Shown piece by piece: positions 22,983 through 32,926 of a DNA stretch of 44,158 nt. Both the position numbers and the translations under genes were made by a program. Under the pieces are notes generated by a model, which was not told where the DNA came from, did no database searches, and saw only the letters and a list, made by a program, of their open reading frames with translations. This DNA is from an uncultured Candidatus Saccharibacteria bacterium (lineage in GTDB: Bacteria > Patescibacteriota > Minisyncoccia > Phycocordibacterales > XYD1-FULL-46-19), in assembly GCA_964446245.1 (NCBI GenBank), contig CAYUNI010000004.1, forward strand, positions 1-44,158, read 5' to 3'. How positions within the stretch are numbered: position 1 is the first letter of the stretch; each line of letters begins with the position of its first letter.

Positions 22983-24299
22983 TTATTTCTCTACCTTGTC
23001 GCCACCTTCCCGCTTGATCGAAACTCCAACCGAACGCAGTTTTTCCTCCACTTTCTCATAACCTCGGTCGATATAACCGACATTATGGACTATCGAACGC
23101 CCCTCTGCAACAATCGCCCCCAAAACATAAGCCAAACCGGCTCGCAAATCAGGACTCTCTAACTCACGGCCATTAAGCTTCGTCGGGCCATCGATAATCG
23201 CCCGATGAGCATCTAATATTTTTGCTTGTGCCCCCATCCGGTTAAAAGCCTCTAAATAATTTAAACGTCCCTCAAAAATAGTTTCAAAAATAAAACTCTG
23301 TCCCACCGCTTGAGTAAGAAGAACAGATGCGGGAGCTTGCAAATCAGTCGGGAAACCCGGGTATTCATGAGTTTTGATATCCGAAGCTTTAAATTTCTTA
23401 TTTCGATTGCCAAAAATTCGAACTGACTTTTGATTTATTGAAAAATTAACCCCCACTTGTTCGAGCCAAGCAAACAAAGCATCCAAATGCTCTGGCACGA
23501 TATTGCTAATCGTCAAATCTTTTCCGACAAGCGCTCCCAAAATAATATAACTCCCCGCTTCGATCCTATCTGGAATCACTGGCCAGACAAAACCAGCCCC
23601 TGACAAAAGTTTAGACCCTCTTATCTCCAAAGTCGGTGTCCCAAGACCACGAATATCTGCTCCTCCCCTTTTCAATAACAACCCGAGTTGTTCAATTTCT
23701 GGCTCGATCGCACAATTTTTAAGAATAGTTGTCCCCTTGGCCAAAGTCGCGGCCATTAATAATGTCTCTGTCGCTGTCACACTAGGGGCACGGAAAAATA
23801 TTGTTGTCCCCCGCAAACCATCTGGCGCAGATAATTCAAAAAAACCATCCCGTTCTTTTATCTTTGCTCCCATTTTTTCAAAACTATCCAAAAAAATATC
23901 AATTGGTCTCTTGCCAATCACGCAACCTCCCGGAAACGGGAAGCTTACTTTCTTCATTCTAGCAAGCAATGGACCGGTCAAGACAATCGACGCACGCAAT
24001 TTTTTAGAAATTTTAGGACAAATTTTAGTCTGCAAAACTTTAGGCAAAACCAAATTAATTTTACCTTTTATCTCTTTTTTATTTACAGTCACGCCCAAAT
24101 CTTGAAGTAAAACAAGAGCTTGGCAGACGTCTTCAATATTTGGAACATTAGATAGAGATAATTCGTCGCGAAACAAAATACTAGCCGCTAACATCTTCAA
24201 AGCTGCATTTTTTGCTCCGCCAACAGCAATCTCTCCGCTCAAAGTCCGTCGGCCATTCAAACCTTCAATTAAAAAATAATCACTATTCATCCGGCCCAT
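22983..24299 (-). CDS. murA: UDP-N-acetylglucosamine 1-carboxyvinyltransferase
   Basis: GAKNAALK, the active-site Cys block FPGGCVIGKRPID, and C-terminal LRAGLAYVLGA. I moved the start to ATG 24299, which lies 4 nt after the upstream stop, instead of the overlapping 24332. Confidence 0.9.
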   Translation of the reverse strand: MGRMNSDYFLIEGLNGRRTLSGEIAVGGAKNAALKMLAASILFRDELSLSNVPNIEDVCQALVLLQDLGVTVNKKEIKGKINLVLPKVLQTKICPKISKKLRASIVLTGPLLARMKKVSFPFPGGCVIGKRPIDIFLDSFEKMGAKIKERDGFFELSAPDGLRGTTIFFRAPSVTATETLLMAATLAKGTTILKNCAIEPEIEQLGLLLKRGGADIRGLGTPTLEIRGSKLLSGAGFVWPVIPDRIEAGSYIILGALVGKDLTISNIVPEHLDALFAWLEQVGVNFSINQKSVRIFGNRNKKFKASDIKTHEYPGFPTDLQAPASVLLTQAVGQSFIFETIFEGRLNYLEAFNRMGAQAKILDAHRAIIDGPTKLNGRELESPDLRAGLAYVLGAIVAEGRSIVHNVGYIDRGYEKVEEKLRSVGVSIKREGGDKVEK

Positions 24300-24303
24300 T
24301 TTC

Positions 24304-26343
24304 TCATACCAAGATGTCTTGCGCAAGAACACCCTTTTTCAACTCAAATTCTGGAGATTGATAAACCTTTTGATAAGATCCATCGGGCATTTTTTCTTCT
24401 ATAGTCAAATAATAATTTCCCGGCCGCACTAGGAGATAAACTCGCCCCAATTGATCAGTACTAACCGCTTTGATTTGCTGATTGACACCAGACATAAATA
24501 GTCGCACCAAAGCAAAAGGAAGTGGCTCACCCGTAGCTTGCCTTTTTACAGCAACGACCGGGTGAGTGACCTGCCAATAAGTCTGAAAACTATAAATTAA
24601 AATATAGATCAACAGCAAAACTAAATCCCACCAAGCAGGATAAAAAATTGATTTTAAAGCCGAAAGAATAAAACCACTATAAAAAACTGTACCAATAATT
24701 CTCTTCCGCCATGTTTCTTTTTTAGAATAAATTTGGAAAAAATTGGTTTTAGTTTTGGCAAATTCATTCCAGTCAAACTCTAATGGATCCATTGGTATAT
24801 TAAGATTCAAAACTTCTGTCCCTTGATAATTTATCGGTTGTCCGAAATATAAATTATCATACAATTCGTCTGACTGACGACCAACCAAACTCTGAGAAGG
24901 AAATCGATAGTGCGTCTTGCCCGCCTTGACCAAATAAGTTGCTGGCGGCAAAAGAAAGCCATAACGTCCATCGATATCAGTAATCGCACTCCCTGCCTCC
25001 TTCCCATCTTTTTCGACCGTCACGTAGACTGGATCAAGGGGACGTTTTGTCACCGAATCATAAACCGTCCCCCAAGGTTCGCGGCGTTTTCTGATTCCTA
25101 GCCAGCCCAACAAAGCATAAACTCCTCTTACCAATAAAAGATAAAAATCATAAGCCGAGGAAGCTTTCCCGGCGACGACCGCCACTTGGACTAAACCAGC
25201 CAGCAAACCACCAGAAATTACCAAAGGGGTCACCGCCCCCCCGTCAAAATTTTGGGCTGAAGAAAGGAAATCTAAACTCGAACGAGAAACTACCAAGACT
25301 GAATGTAAAGTTTTTATTGATTGGTCATCATAATTTATTAAGTAAATCTTCGCTGGATAAGACCCCGGCATCTCAAGGGGGCCGATAGTCGCGGTGTAAG
25401 CTGTCCCGGCTTTATTAATTCGCAAAAGAAAAGAAAAAGTCTGTCGGCTGTCCTTAGGATCAGTTAGGACTAGGCCGATTGTTTTTAAGCTCTTGGGTAA
25501 TTTATCTGCCCTAACTTCAAAAACAGTATCTAAACGAGCATTTAATTTTATTTGACCAATATCAAAAGCTTGGGGCAGGCGACCAGATTGATAAGCCAAA
25601 AAATCACCTAAACCGAGACTGACAATCAATGGGTCACGACTTTCCACTTGAGGCAAAGAAGCAAAGGGGTTTGTCTGATCATCAGTTAACCCTCCATTAT
25701 CGATTATTGGTAAAGTGGTAGTAGGAGTAGTAGTAGGGGTAGGTTCGGTTGGTGGCTTCCTCGTCCCTCGGTAAGCTGTTGCCAAAGCACCAGAAGAAAA
25801 ACCATCATCTTCGCTACGAACAAAAGCCGCATAAAAATAACTTACATCCAATTCCACTCCTTGATCAACCACCGACTCTCCCGTCCCCTCATAAATCACC
25901 ACCCCATCGTTAGGATTTTCTGGTATTCCTCTTGACGATCTGATCACCCGAACTGACAAAAATTTAGAATAATTCGGATTTTGCCAACTTAAAAAAACTT
26001 CTTTATGGGTAGTAGAAAAAGTCGCCACAAAACGACCGACATTGGGAATATCCCCATAGGTGCAAGTGCCATCATCTTTTTTGGCTTTAGGATCATAATT
26101 TAGTGCCTGACTATCAGTACATCCTTCCAAGACAAGGGGTGGGGTAGTCGTCGGGTAGATTTCACCACCGCCACCCGGTCCAGGCGGAGTAGTACAACTT
26201 CCCCCTGAGCAAGTGACACTTACTGTAATATCCGTCGCCGCCAAAGCGGGAAAAAATACTTTTTCCTTCCAGCCAATAAAAACGCCAAAGCCTACGAGGA
26301 TGATTAAAAAAAACTTTTTTTGGGAATAAGAAAAAAATACCAT
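24304..26343 (-). CDS. Large multi-domain membrane/surface protein
   Basis: Start taken at the internal ATG (MVFFSYSQKK...). Features are an N-terminal TM, the Cys motif GCTDSQALNYDPKAKKDDGTCTY, an FN3-like segment, a Thr/Pro linker (PTEPTPTTTPTTT) and several TM helices. Two carboxypeptidase-regulatory-like beta-sandwich segments are present (VYDSVTKRPLDPVYVTVEKDG..DGRYGF and RLFMSG..GRVYLLVRPGNYYL). Confidence 0.5.
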   Translation of the reverse strand: MVFFSYSQKKFFLIILVGFGVFIGWKEKVFFPALAATDITVSVTCSGGSCTTPPGPGGGGEIYPTTTPPLVLEGCTDSQALNYDPKAKKDDGTCTYGDIPNVGRFVATFSTTHKEVFLSWQNPNYSKFLSVRVIRSSRGIPENPNDGVVIYEGTGESVVDQGVELDVSYFYAAFVRSEDDGFSSGALATAYRGTRKPPTEPTPTTTPTTTLPIIDNGGLTDDQTNPFASLPQVESRDPLIVSLGLGDFLAYQSGRLPQAFDIGQIKLNARLDTVFEVRADKLPKSLKTIGLVLTDPKDSRQTFSFLLRINKAGTAYTATIGPLEMPGSYPAKIYLINYDDQSIKTLHSVLVVSRSSLDFLSSAQNFDGGAVTPLVISGGLLAGLVQVAVVAGKASSAYDFYLLLVRGVYALLGWLGIRKRREPWGTVYDSVTKRPLDPVYVTVEKDGKEAGSAITDIDGRYGFLLPPATYLVKAGKTHYRFPSQSLVGRQSDELYDNLYFGQPINYQGTEVLNLNIPMDPLEFDWNEFAKTKTNFFQIYSKKETWRKRIIGTVFYSGFILSALKSIFYPAWWDLVLLLIYILIYSFQTYWQVTHPVVAVKRQATGEPLPFALVRLFMSGVNQQIKAVSTDQLGRVYLLVRPGNYYLTIEEKMPDGSYQKVYQSPEFELKKGVLAQDILV

Positions 26344-26353
26344 TTTGTTTTTA

Positions 26354-27115
26354 TTACAGAGCCGTCGCTGTGACAATCACCGTTGCGGTATAGTCTCCCT
26401 GCGGTTGAGATTTTGCTGCTCCTGCTTCTGCTCTAAATTTAATTGTAGTGTCCGAACCCGAAGGAGTATTCTCTCCTGAAGATTGAGCAATTATTTGGTC
26501 AGAAGTAGACAATCCAGACCAGCAACTATTGGCTGTCTGGAGCGAACCCGTCCCACAAACACTGCCATTGTCCTTCAAAGAAGAAACGATGTCTCCTCCC
26601 TTAACCGAAAAGCCAAAACTCGCCTGGTCAGTAGCGACCGACCAGGCAAAACTCGGACTAGCAACTGTCCCAGAAAAATTAGCGAAGCTATTAGCGCCAG
26701 AAACCAAAGCAGGATTAGCTGAGGACCTAATTGCTAAAGAATAACCAGCCGAATTGTCGGTGACGACGGACCACACTCCTTGACCCTCAGCTTGGCCACC
26801 ACTTGAACCGCTAATTGTCCCACTAAGAGAAATATTAGATGGACCCGATAAATCTAAATAACTGGCATTACGCATCGCTTGATAACCCGCCCGAATTTTA
26901 TTAACAGAGTCACTGTCACCTGAAGCGATTTCACCTGCCGTATCTTCTAGATTGTAATTAGTCGAAGAACTAAAACCTCCAGCAAAATTAATGCTATCTG
27001 ATTCGATTCGATAATTAGTGCTACTAGCTACATAGCCGACATAGCCAAAAGCTGTCCCAAAAAAAAGACTATAAAAGGCAATCACTCCCGCAATTAAAAA
27101 TTTCTGTTTCATCAT
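26354..27115 (-). CDS. Secreted Ser/Gly-rich protein, candidate fibre/adhesin subunit
   Basis: Signal peptide (MMKQKFLIAGVIAFYSLFFGTAFG) and tandem STNYRIE / STNYNLE motifs. The C-terminal GDYTATVIVTATAL resembles the terminal beta-strand motif of SCPU/WxL/pilin-like subunits. Confidence 0.4.
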   Translation of the reverse strand: MMKQKFLIAGVIAFYSLFFGTAFGYVGYVASSTNYRIESDSINFAGGFSSSTNYNLEDTAGEIASGDSDSVNKIRAGYQAMRNASYLDLSGPSNISLSGTISGSSGGQAEGQGVWSVVTDNSAGYSLAIRSSANPALVSGANSFANFSGTVASPSFAWSVATDQASFGFSVKGGDIVSSLKDNGSVCGTGSLQTANSCWSGLSTSDQIIAQSSGENTPSGSDTTIKFRAEAGAAKSQPQGDYTATVIVTATAL

Positions 27116-28014
27116 TATTTACGGCGATGTTTTAATTTTATCACAAAGTGGGTAAGTAAAAAGACAAAAACAATCAATCCCAACCCTATTAATGAAAGAA
27201 CCCAAGCCTGACTACCCCGCCACAACCAAAAAGATTTTGTTTCAATTTGATCGCCATAGCCTAAGTTTAATTTTAACTCTAATTTATACCAACCAAACAA
27301 ATTTCCCGGATCGATAACTTGTTCTTTTGTTCGTTCTGATTGTGGCAAGACAAACCACGGCTCAATTGACCACTCTTTCACAATCCGACCGCGCCAATTT
27401 TTTAATTGAATAAGCCCATAAGGAGTTAGATAAACATTGCCTTCATTTCGATAAGAAATAAAGGTTTCGATTCGAGAGTCGGGAAAAGAGCGAGAAGTCT
27501 GTCCCCAATTTACGACCACTCCCCGTTCAGTCGCCTCTCCTTTTATTCGTAAAAAAATAAGTGAAGCGATTCTAGACCGAATAGTGGCGCCTTTATTTGT
27601 ACCTTCTCTGTTTTCTGGCTCGACAATTACTGCCGACCAATATCCGCCCGGTCCAGCCGAAGATGGTACAGATATATTCACCGGAATCTTAGTCTTTCCT
27701 CCTGCTGGAATAAAAATTTTAGTCACATCCTGAGATAAAAAAGGTCGAAGCGAATTGGGATAATTTAGATCAGCTAAAAAGTCAACTTTATTTTCTTTGG
27801 CCCAACGAAAATCTTCTACCTTTATAAAAAAATTAGACCCTGTCCCTAAGTGATTTTCAATTTGTAAATCAAAGGACTTGGTCTCGCTCGGAGAAAGCCA
27901 GAGCTCTGTTTTTGCCGGCCAGACCCGAAAGCTACCAGCGGTATCAGCCAAGGCTAACCCACACCATAAACTAAAAAACAAGATGAATAAAATTTTAATC
28001 GAAAAACGAAACAT
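27115..28014 (-). CDS. Signal-peptide protein with a C-terminal TM anchor, DUF916/DUF3324-like architecture
   Basis: Signal peptide, two beta-rich halves (FRVWPAKTEL..SFDLQIEN and GGYWSAVIVEPE), then the TM WVLSLIGLGLIVFVFLL and a basic tail KLKHRRK. Its stop overlaps the next start (TAATG). Confidence 0.35.
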   Translation of the reverse strand: MFRFSIKILFILFFSLWCGLALADTAGSFRVWPAKTELWLSPSETKSFDLQIENHLGTGSNFFIKVEDFRWAKENKVDFLADLNYPNSLRPFLSQDVTKIFIPAGGKTKIPVNISVPSSAGPGGYWSAVIVEPENREGTNKGATIRSRIASLIFLRIKGEATERGVVVNWGQTSRSFPDSRIETFISYRNEGNVYLTPYGLIQLKNWRGRIVKEWSIEPWFVLPQSERTKEQVIDPGNLFGWYKLELKLNLGYGDQIETKSFWLWRGSQAWVLSLIGLGLIVFVFLLTHFVIKLKHRRK

Positions 28015-28019
28015 AAAAA

Positions 28020-29378
28020 TTATTTTTTCACTGGGGTTAAGACAAATAAGTAATCAGATCCGCGTTCGTTTTTAAAAATAGGTGTAATGATGCCAGTCTT
28101 GCCCCCTTGATCCATCCTGATTTCTACCTGATCAGAAAAAGATGCTTCTAGCTTCTTTTTCAACTCTGCATCGCGACGAGAATCACCAGTCGAAGGAACA
28201 ATCAAAAGCCCTTGGCTCTCGGTGACTATCGCTCGACCACCACTAGCTTCTGCTACCAATTGGCTAATCTCTTTTTTTAGACTTAGAGTCACTTCTTTCT
28301 TTATCTCGCTTCTTAATTCTTCGACTGTCGTCGTCCCAAAAGTTGATTGCAGAGAAGCTTGTTCTATGTTGTCGTCGCTTAAAGCAGAATTTAGATTCTG
28401 TGAATTAAGCTTAGATAAACCCAAAAACTTCTGCCAATTAGAAACAAATAAATTCCAAAGCTCCGACAACCAATCAGTAAACCAATAATAGACATTCGGT
28501 CCGATTGCGTTGATTGCCGCCAAAGAAATTTCCGGTCGAGGTGCTGGAATACCTTTAACTATTACCACTGGCTCATTTAATTTTGTATTCAACACTTCCC
28601 AACCAACAACAATCGATGTTTTCGTCCCATAGCTAACGCCTTTAATCTTTTGGGATAATAAATCCAATCTTCCGGCAAACCAAGCAATCGTCCGATCAAT
28701 AAAATCTAAACCCGAAAACAATTTTACTTGAATTGCTGGCCAATTAATCCAATTTAAAACAGATTCGATTACTCCCCCAACCCAATCAAAAGATAGGATA
28801 CCTACTAGCCACACCCCACTATCCAAGATTGCTTGCGTAGATAGATCTAAATATTTTTTAACAAAAGAAAAAACCTGTCGAACAAAAGATTGAGCGAACT
28901 CTCCACCTTGTATTCCCAGCTGGTAAGCATTAGCCAGAGAATAATTGGCTAAATTTTTACCCAAGAGCAAAGACTCTTCGGCTGAAGAAACAATCAGAGT
29001 ACTTCGTTCGGTAGTGGTTTGTCTAAAACTATTCCCGACACTTGCGATCTCTAATGAGCTACGGCTTAGAGTAAAAATCAATTTCCCGCCCCAATTAGCC
29101 GTCCAACTTTCTAAATCTTGACTAGTCTTAATCGCCGTCTGGCCTAAAGCAAAACAAAAAACAAAAATTACTGTCGCTACTACTGAAGGAAAAATGTTAG
29201 TCGCCAAAGCCGGAAACCTTTTAGGCGAAGTGACAAGAGTTTTTATTTCAATAGGCTGAGGACCAGAAACTAGATCTACTTTCGATAAAGATGTCGCCCC
29301 ATTCAACAAAGCCTCATCCCAAGAATCGCCACTTGAACTTTGATTGGTGGAATTAATTGGAGTCGACTGAATCGTCAT
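28020..29378 (-). CDS. Hypothetical membrane protein, first gene of the cluster
   Basis: 452-aa ORF with a TM near residue 70 (VVATVIFVFCFALG) and further hydrophobic segments. No recognisable domain. Confidence 0.4.
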   Translation of the reverse strand: MTIQSTPINSTNQSSSGDSWDEALLNGATSLSKVDLVSGPQPIEIKTLVTSPKRFPALATNIFPSVVATVIFVFCFALGQTAIKTSQDLESWTANWGGKLIFTLSRSSLEIASVGNSFRQTTTERSTLIVSSAEESLLLGKNLANYSLANAYQLGIQGGEFAQSFVRQVFSFVKKYLDLSTQAILDSGVWLVGILSFDWVGGVIESVLNWINWPAIQVKLFSGLDFIDRTIAWFAGRLDLLSQKIKGVSYGTKTSIVVGWEVLNTKLNEPVVIVKGIPAPRPEISLAAINAIGPNVYYWFTDWLSELWNLFVSNWQKFLGLSKLNSQNLNSALSDDNIEQASLQSTFGTTTVEELRSEIKKEVTLSLKKEISQLVAEASGGRAIVTESQGLLIVPSTGDSRRDAELKKKLEASFSDQVEIRMDQGGKTGIITPIFKNERGSDYLFVLTPVKK

Positions 29379-29586
29379 TTGTTTTAATTATAAGAAAAAA
29401 CATCTGAAAGTGCAAAATTTAAAGTGTAGAATAAAAAAGTTTTTATCCAAAATTTATTTATTCGTATCATTCTTATGCCCATTCACACTATTCGCATAGT
29501 ATCTTTTAAATACAAAGGAATACATAGGACTGCCCTATGTAAGACTTTCTGGTCAACTGCCGAAAAAAGGATATACTATCGATAAG

Positions 29587-31542
29587 ATGAAAATCGTTAG
29601 TGTCACTCCCTTATCTGGAGCCATTTTTAAAGAAAATCTAAGCTATTTCACAGCCAAACCAGTCGAACCGGGCGATTTAGTCTTGGCACCAATTCGCGGT
29701 AAAGAGGTTTTAGCCCTAGTGACAGAGATTGCCACCGCGACCGACCTCAAAGCAGGACTCCGTCAATCAGACTTCTCGCTTAAAAAACTTTCTCGTCGAG
29801 TTAGTCGGCAATTTTTCACCAGTGCTTTTTTAGAGGCAACAAAAGATACCGCCGAGTACTTTAGCGCCAGCTGGGGGCAAACAGTCAAAAGCTTTGTTCC
29901 AGCCATCATCTTGGCTAATCCAGACAAATTAACCAAAAACAAAACTCTACCGAACGAAATGGAGACAGCCGAAGAAACAGAGGTCTCTCCAATAAATAAA
30001 AGCGAGCCCCTAACTCAAACCAAACAAGAAAAGTATGTTCTCCAAGAAACCGACACCGAGCGAATGTCTCTTTACAAAAGTTTAATTCGAGAGGCCTTTG
30101 CTCAAAGGCGCTCGGTATTTTTCTGTCTACCAACATCAGCCGACATAGAATACTTTAAAGATATTTTAACTCGAGGAATAGAAGAACATACAATTATTCT
30201 TTCTATCGAAGATGGTCCCAAAAAAATTCTCAGCGCCTGGCAAAAAGCCCTCCGAATCGACCACCCGATCCTAGTAATCGGCACACCTATATTTCTCGGC
30301 CTACCTAGAACTGATTTCCAAACAATAATTATCGACCGAGAAAATTCTTCTACCTACAGACAACTCGCTAGACCTTTTATTGATATTCGCTTTTTTGCTG
30401 AAAAATTAGCCGAGGCAAGTAGAGCAAAATTAGTCTTTGGCGACATTGTTCTCCGAAGTGAGACTATCGCTAAAATCGAACAGGGTGATTTCGTCCCTCT
30501 ATCGCCAATGACTTACCGATCTTTTTCCAGCGCTGAAAAACAAAAATTAATCAATTACAAAATCAATCGCGAAGAACAAAACACTTCTTTTCTCGCTCCA
30601 GAATTAAAAGAAAAACTTTTAGATTTCACTAGTCACAATGAACGTACTTTTATCTTTGTTGGCCGACGAGGCTTGAGCCCTCTTACCGTCTGTCGAGATT
30701 GCGGACATATCCTTACCTGTCCTCACTGCCAAGTCCCACTCATTCTCCATCAAACTCAAAATGATCAGGCGAATATTTTCCTCTGCCACAAGTGTGGGTA
30801 CAATCGCACCGCCGAAGACAAATGCCCTGATTGCCGAGGCTGGAGATTAGAACTCCTCGGCTACGGTCTAGAACAAATTTTAACCGAATTGAATCAAATT
30901 CTTCCTCAAGCAAAAATTTGGCGTCTCGACAGCGACTCAGTCAAAACAACCAAAAAAGCGACCGAAATCGTTAAAGATTTTTATGAAGCACCGGGAGGAA
31001 TCCTAGCCGGTACTGAAATGGCTCTCTATCATTTACGAGAAAAGATTGACAATATCGCCGTGGTCGGAATTGATTCTTTTTTTACAATCCCCGAATTCCG
31101 CATCAGCGAAAAAGTTTTTAATCTCCTCTTGCGTCTTCGCTCTATTACCTTAAAAAATTTCCTCCTCCAAACTCAAAATGAAGATGAACCAATAATGCGC
31201 CTCGCCGCTAAAGGCGATTTAACCGAATTCCATCGTCAAGAATTAGCCAGTCGTAAAAAATTAAAATACCCGCCATATTCTGTTCTAATTAAAATATCTG
31301 TTGCCACTCAAAATAAAGAGGCTCAAGAAGGCTTATCGAGGCTGGCGAAAGATTTAGCCGAATATAACCCAATAGAATATGACGGATTCTTAGGTCTTTC
31401 GGGAAGCAAAAATCGCCAACCAGCCGCTCACCTCCTCTTGCGTCTTAGCCCAACAGACTGGCCCAATTCTAAAATATTGGCTATTTTCAAAACTCTTTCT
31501 CCGGCCTTCATTATTAATGTTGACCCAGAAAATATTTTCTGA
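29587..31542 (+). CDS. priA: Primosomal protein N' (PriA) homologue with substituted ATPase motifs
   Basis: PriA N-terminal 3'-DNA-binding-like region. The Cys-rich Zn module is conserved (CRDCGHILTCPHCQVPLILH...CHKCGYNRTAEDKCPDCRG). The Walker A position reads QETDTERMSLY and the DExH position reads IIIDRENSSTY. Confidence 0.7.
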   Translation: MKIVSVTPLSGAIFKENLSYFTAKPVEPGDLVLAPIRGKEVLALVTEIATATDLKAGLRQSDFSLKKLSRRVSRQFFTSAFLEATKDTAEYFSASWGQTVKSFVPAIILANPDKLTKNKTLPNEMETAEETEVSPINKSEPLTQTKQEKYVLQETDTERMSLYKSLIREAFAQRRSVFFCLPTSADIEYFKDILTRGIEEHTIILSIEDGPKKILSAWQKALRIDHPILVIGTPIFLGLPRTDFQTIIIDRENSSTYRQLARPFIDIRFFAEKLAEASRAKLVFGDIVLRSETIAKIEQGDFVPLSPMTYRSFSSAEKQKLINYKINREEQNTSFLAPELKEKLLDFTSHNERTFIFVGRRGLSPLTVCRDCGHILTCPHCQVPLILHQTQNDQANIFLCHKCGYNRTAEDKCPDCRGWRLELLGYGLEQILTELNQILPQAKIWRLDSDSVKTTKKATEIVKDFYEAPGGILAGTEMALYHLREKIDNIAVVGIDSFFTIPEFRISEKVFNLLLRLRSITLKNFLLQTQNEDEPIMRLAAKGDLTEFHRQELASRKKLKYPPYSVLIKISVATQNKEAQEGLSRLAKDLAEYNPIEYDGFLGLSGSKNRQPAAHLLLRLSPTDWPNSKILAIFKTLSPAFIINVDPENIF

Positions 31543-31578
31543 CTTTAAAAAACAACCCTTTTAAGCTATAATTTCGCA

Positions 31579-32088
31579 ATGGGAACAATTGTTCAAAAAA
31601 ATGACCCAATCTTACGAGCAAAGGCTCAAATCGTCCCTTTGACAGAGATCGGTTCACCCAAAATCAAAAAAATCCTCTCTCAGATGAGCAAGGCTCTAGC
31701 CGGCTGTGATGATGGGGTGGCTCTTGCCGCGCCTCAAATCAATATTCCCTTGAAAATATTTATTGTCGCCGGGAAAATCTTTGCTGAAGAAAAAGAACCC
31801 ATTCCGCCTGATTTAGTTTTCATCAATCCTCAAATAACCAAACTTTCCAAGAAAAAAGTTATCTTAGATGAAGGTTGTCTTTCAGTTCGCTGGCAATATG
31901 GAAAAATCAAACGGGCCGAAAAGGCGACGGTTGAAGCCTACGATGAACTAGGTCGAAAATTTAGTTATAGCGCCTCTGGTCTCTTAGCACAAATCTTCCA
32001 ACACGAAATAGATCATCTAGAGGGGATACTGTTTATTGACAACGCAACAGATTTACAAGAAATTCCCCCAGATAAACAAAAGAAATAG
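31579..32088 (+). CDS. def: Peptide deformylase
   Basis: GVALAAPQI, EGCLS and QHEIDH metal-binding motifs. Confidence 0.92.
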   Translation: MGTIVQKNDPILRAKAQIVPLTEIGSPKIKKILSQMSKALAGCDDGVALAAPQINIPLKIFIVAGKIFAEEKEPIPPDLVFINPQITKLSKKKVILDEGCLSVRWQYGKIKRAEKATVEAYDELGRKFSYSASGLLAQIFQHEIDHLEGILFIDNATDLQEIPPDKQKK

Positions 32089-32089
32089 T

Positions 32090-32926
32090 ATGACCTGGGT
32101 ATTTTTTGGCACCGATGAATTCGCGGTAATAGTCTTACAGAGACTAGTTAAACTTGGCTTTAAACCTAATCTGCTTGTCACCACCCCAGACAAACCCCGT
32201 GGCCGAAAACTAATTTTGACCCCTCCCCCAGTCAAAGTCTGGGCACAAGAAAACAATATCAAATTCATTCAACCAGCTTCTCTTAAAAATTTTAATTCCT
32301 CCGAGCTGAAAGCTGAAAACTATGACTTTTTTCTAGTCGCTTCTTATGGCAAAATTATTCCCGAAAATATTTTAGATATTTCTACTCATGGCACTCTCAA
32401 TATTCACCCTTCACTGCTACCAAAGTACCGCGGTCCATCACCACTAGAAACAGCTATTCTCGCCGGCGAAAAAGAGACTGGTGTATCCATAATGAAGCTG
32501 GATTCAGAAATGGACCATGGACCTGTTTTAATCCAAGAGAAAATCTCTCTCGCTGACCAAAAAGACTACTTAACCCTCCGCCAGGAAAGTGCTGAGAAAG
32601 GAGCCGAGCTCTTAGTAAAAATTTTACCCGTGTATCTTGAAGGGAAGATTCTTCCTTACCCCCAAGATCACTTAGAGGCAACCTATACCCACAAATTCTC
32701 TAAAGCTGATGGCGAAATAAATCTAGGTGATGATCCTCTCACCAATTACCGAAAATATCTCGCTTTCAAAGATTGGCCGGGAGTTTTCTTTTTTGAAAAT
32801 AAAAATGGAAAAAAAGTTCGCCTAAAAATTACCGCCGCCCATCTTGATGATGGACGGCTAGTAATTGATAAAGTCATACCCGAAGGAAAGCGAGAAATAT
32901 CTTGGAAAGAATATTCTCAAAATTAA
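32090..32926 (+). CDS. fmt: Methionyl-tRNA formyltransferase
   Basis: Start moved to ATG 32090, 1 nt after the def stop (MTWVFFGTDEFAV). The HPSLLPKYRGPSP catalytic block is present. Confidence 0.9.
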   Translation: MTWVFFGTDEFAVIVLQRLVKLGFKPNLLVTTPDKPRGRKLILTPPPVKVWAQENNIKFIQPASLKNFNSSELKAENYDFFLVASYGKIIPENILDISTHGTLNIHPSLLPKYRGPSPLETAILAGEKETGVSIMKLDSEMDHGPVLIQEKISLADQKDYLTLRQESAEKGAELLVKILPVYLEGKILPYPQDHLEATYTHKFSKADGEINLGDDPLTNYRKYLAFKDWPGVFFFENKNGKKVRLKITAAHLDDGRLVIDKVIPEGKREISWKEYSQN

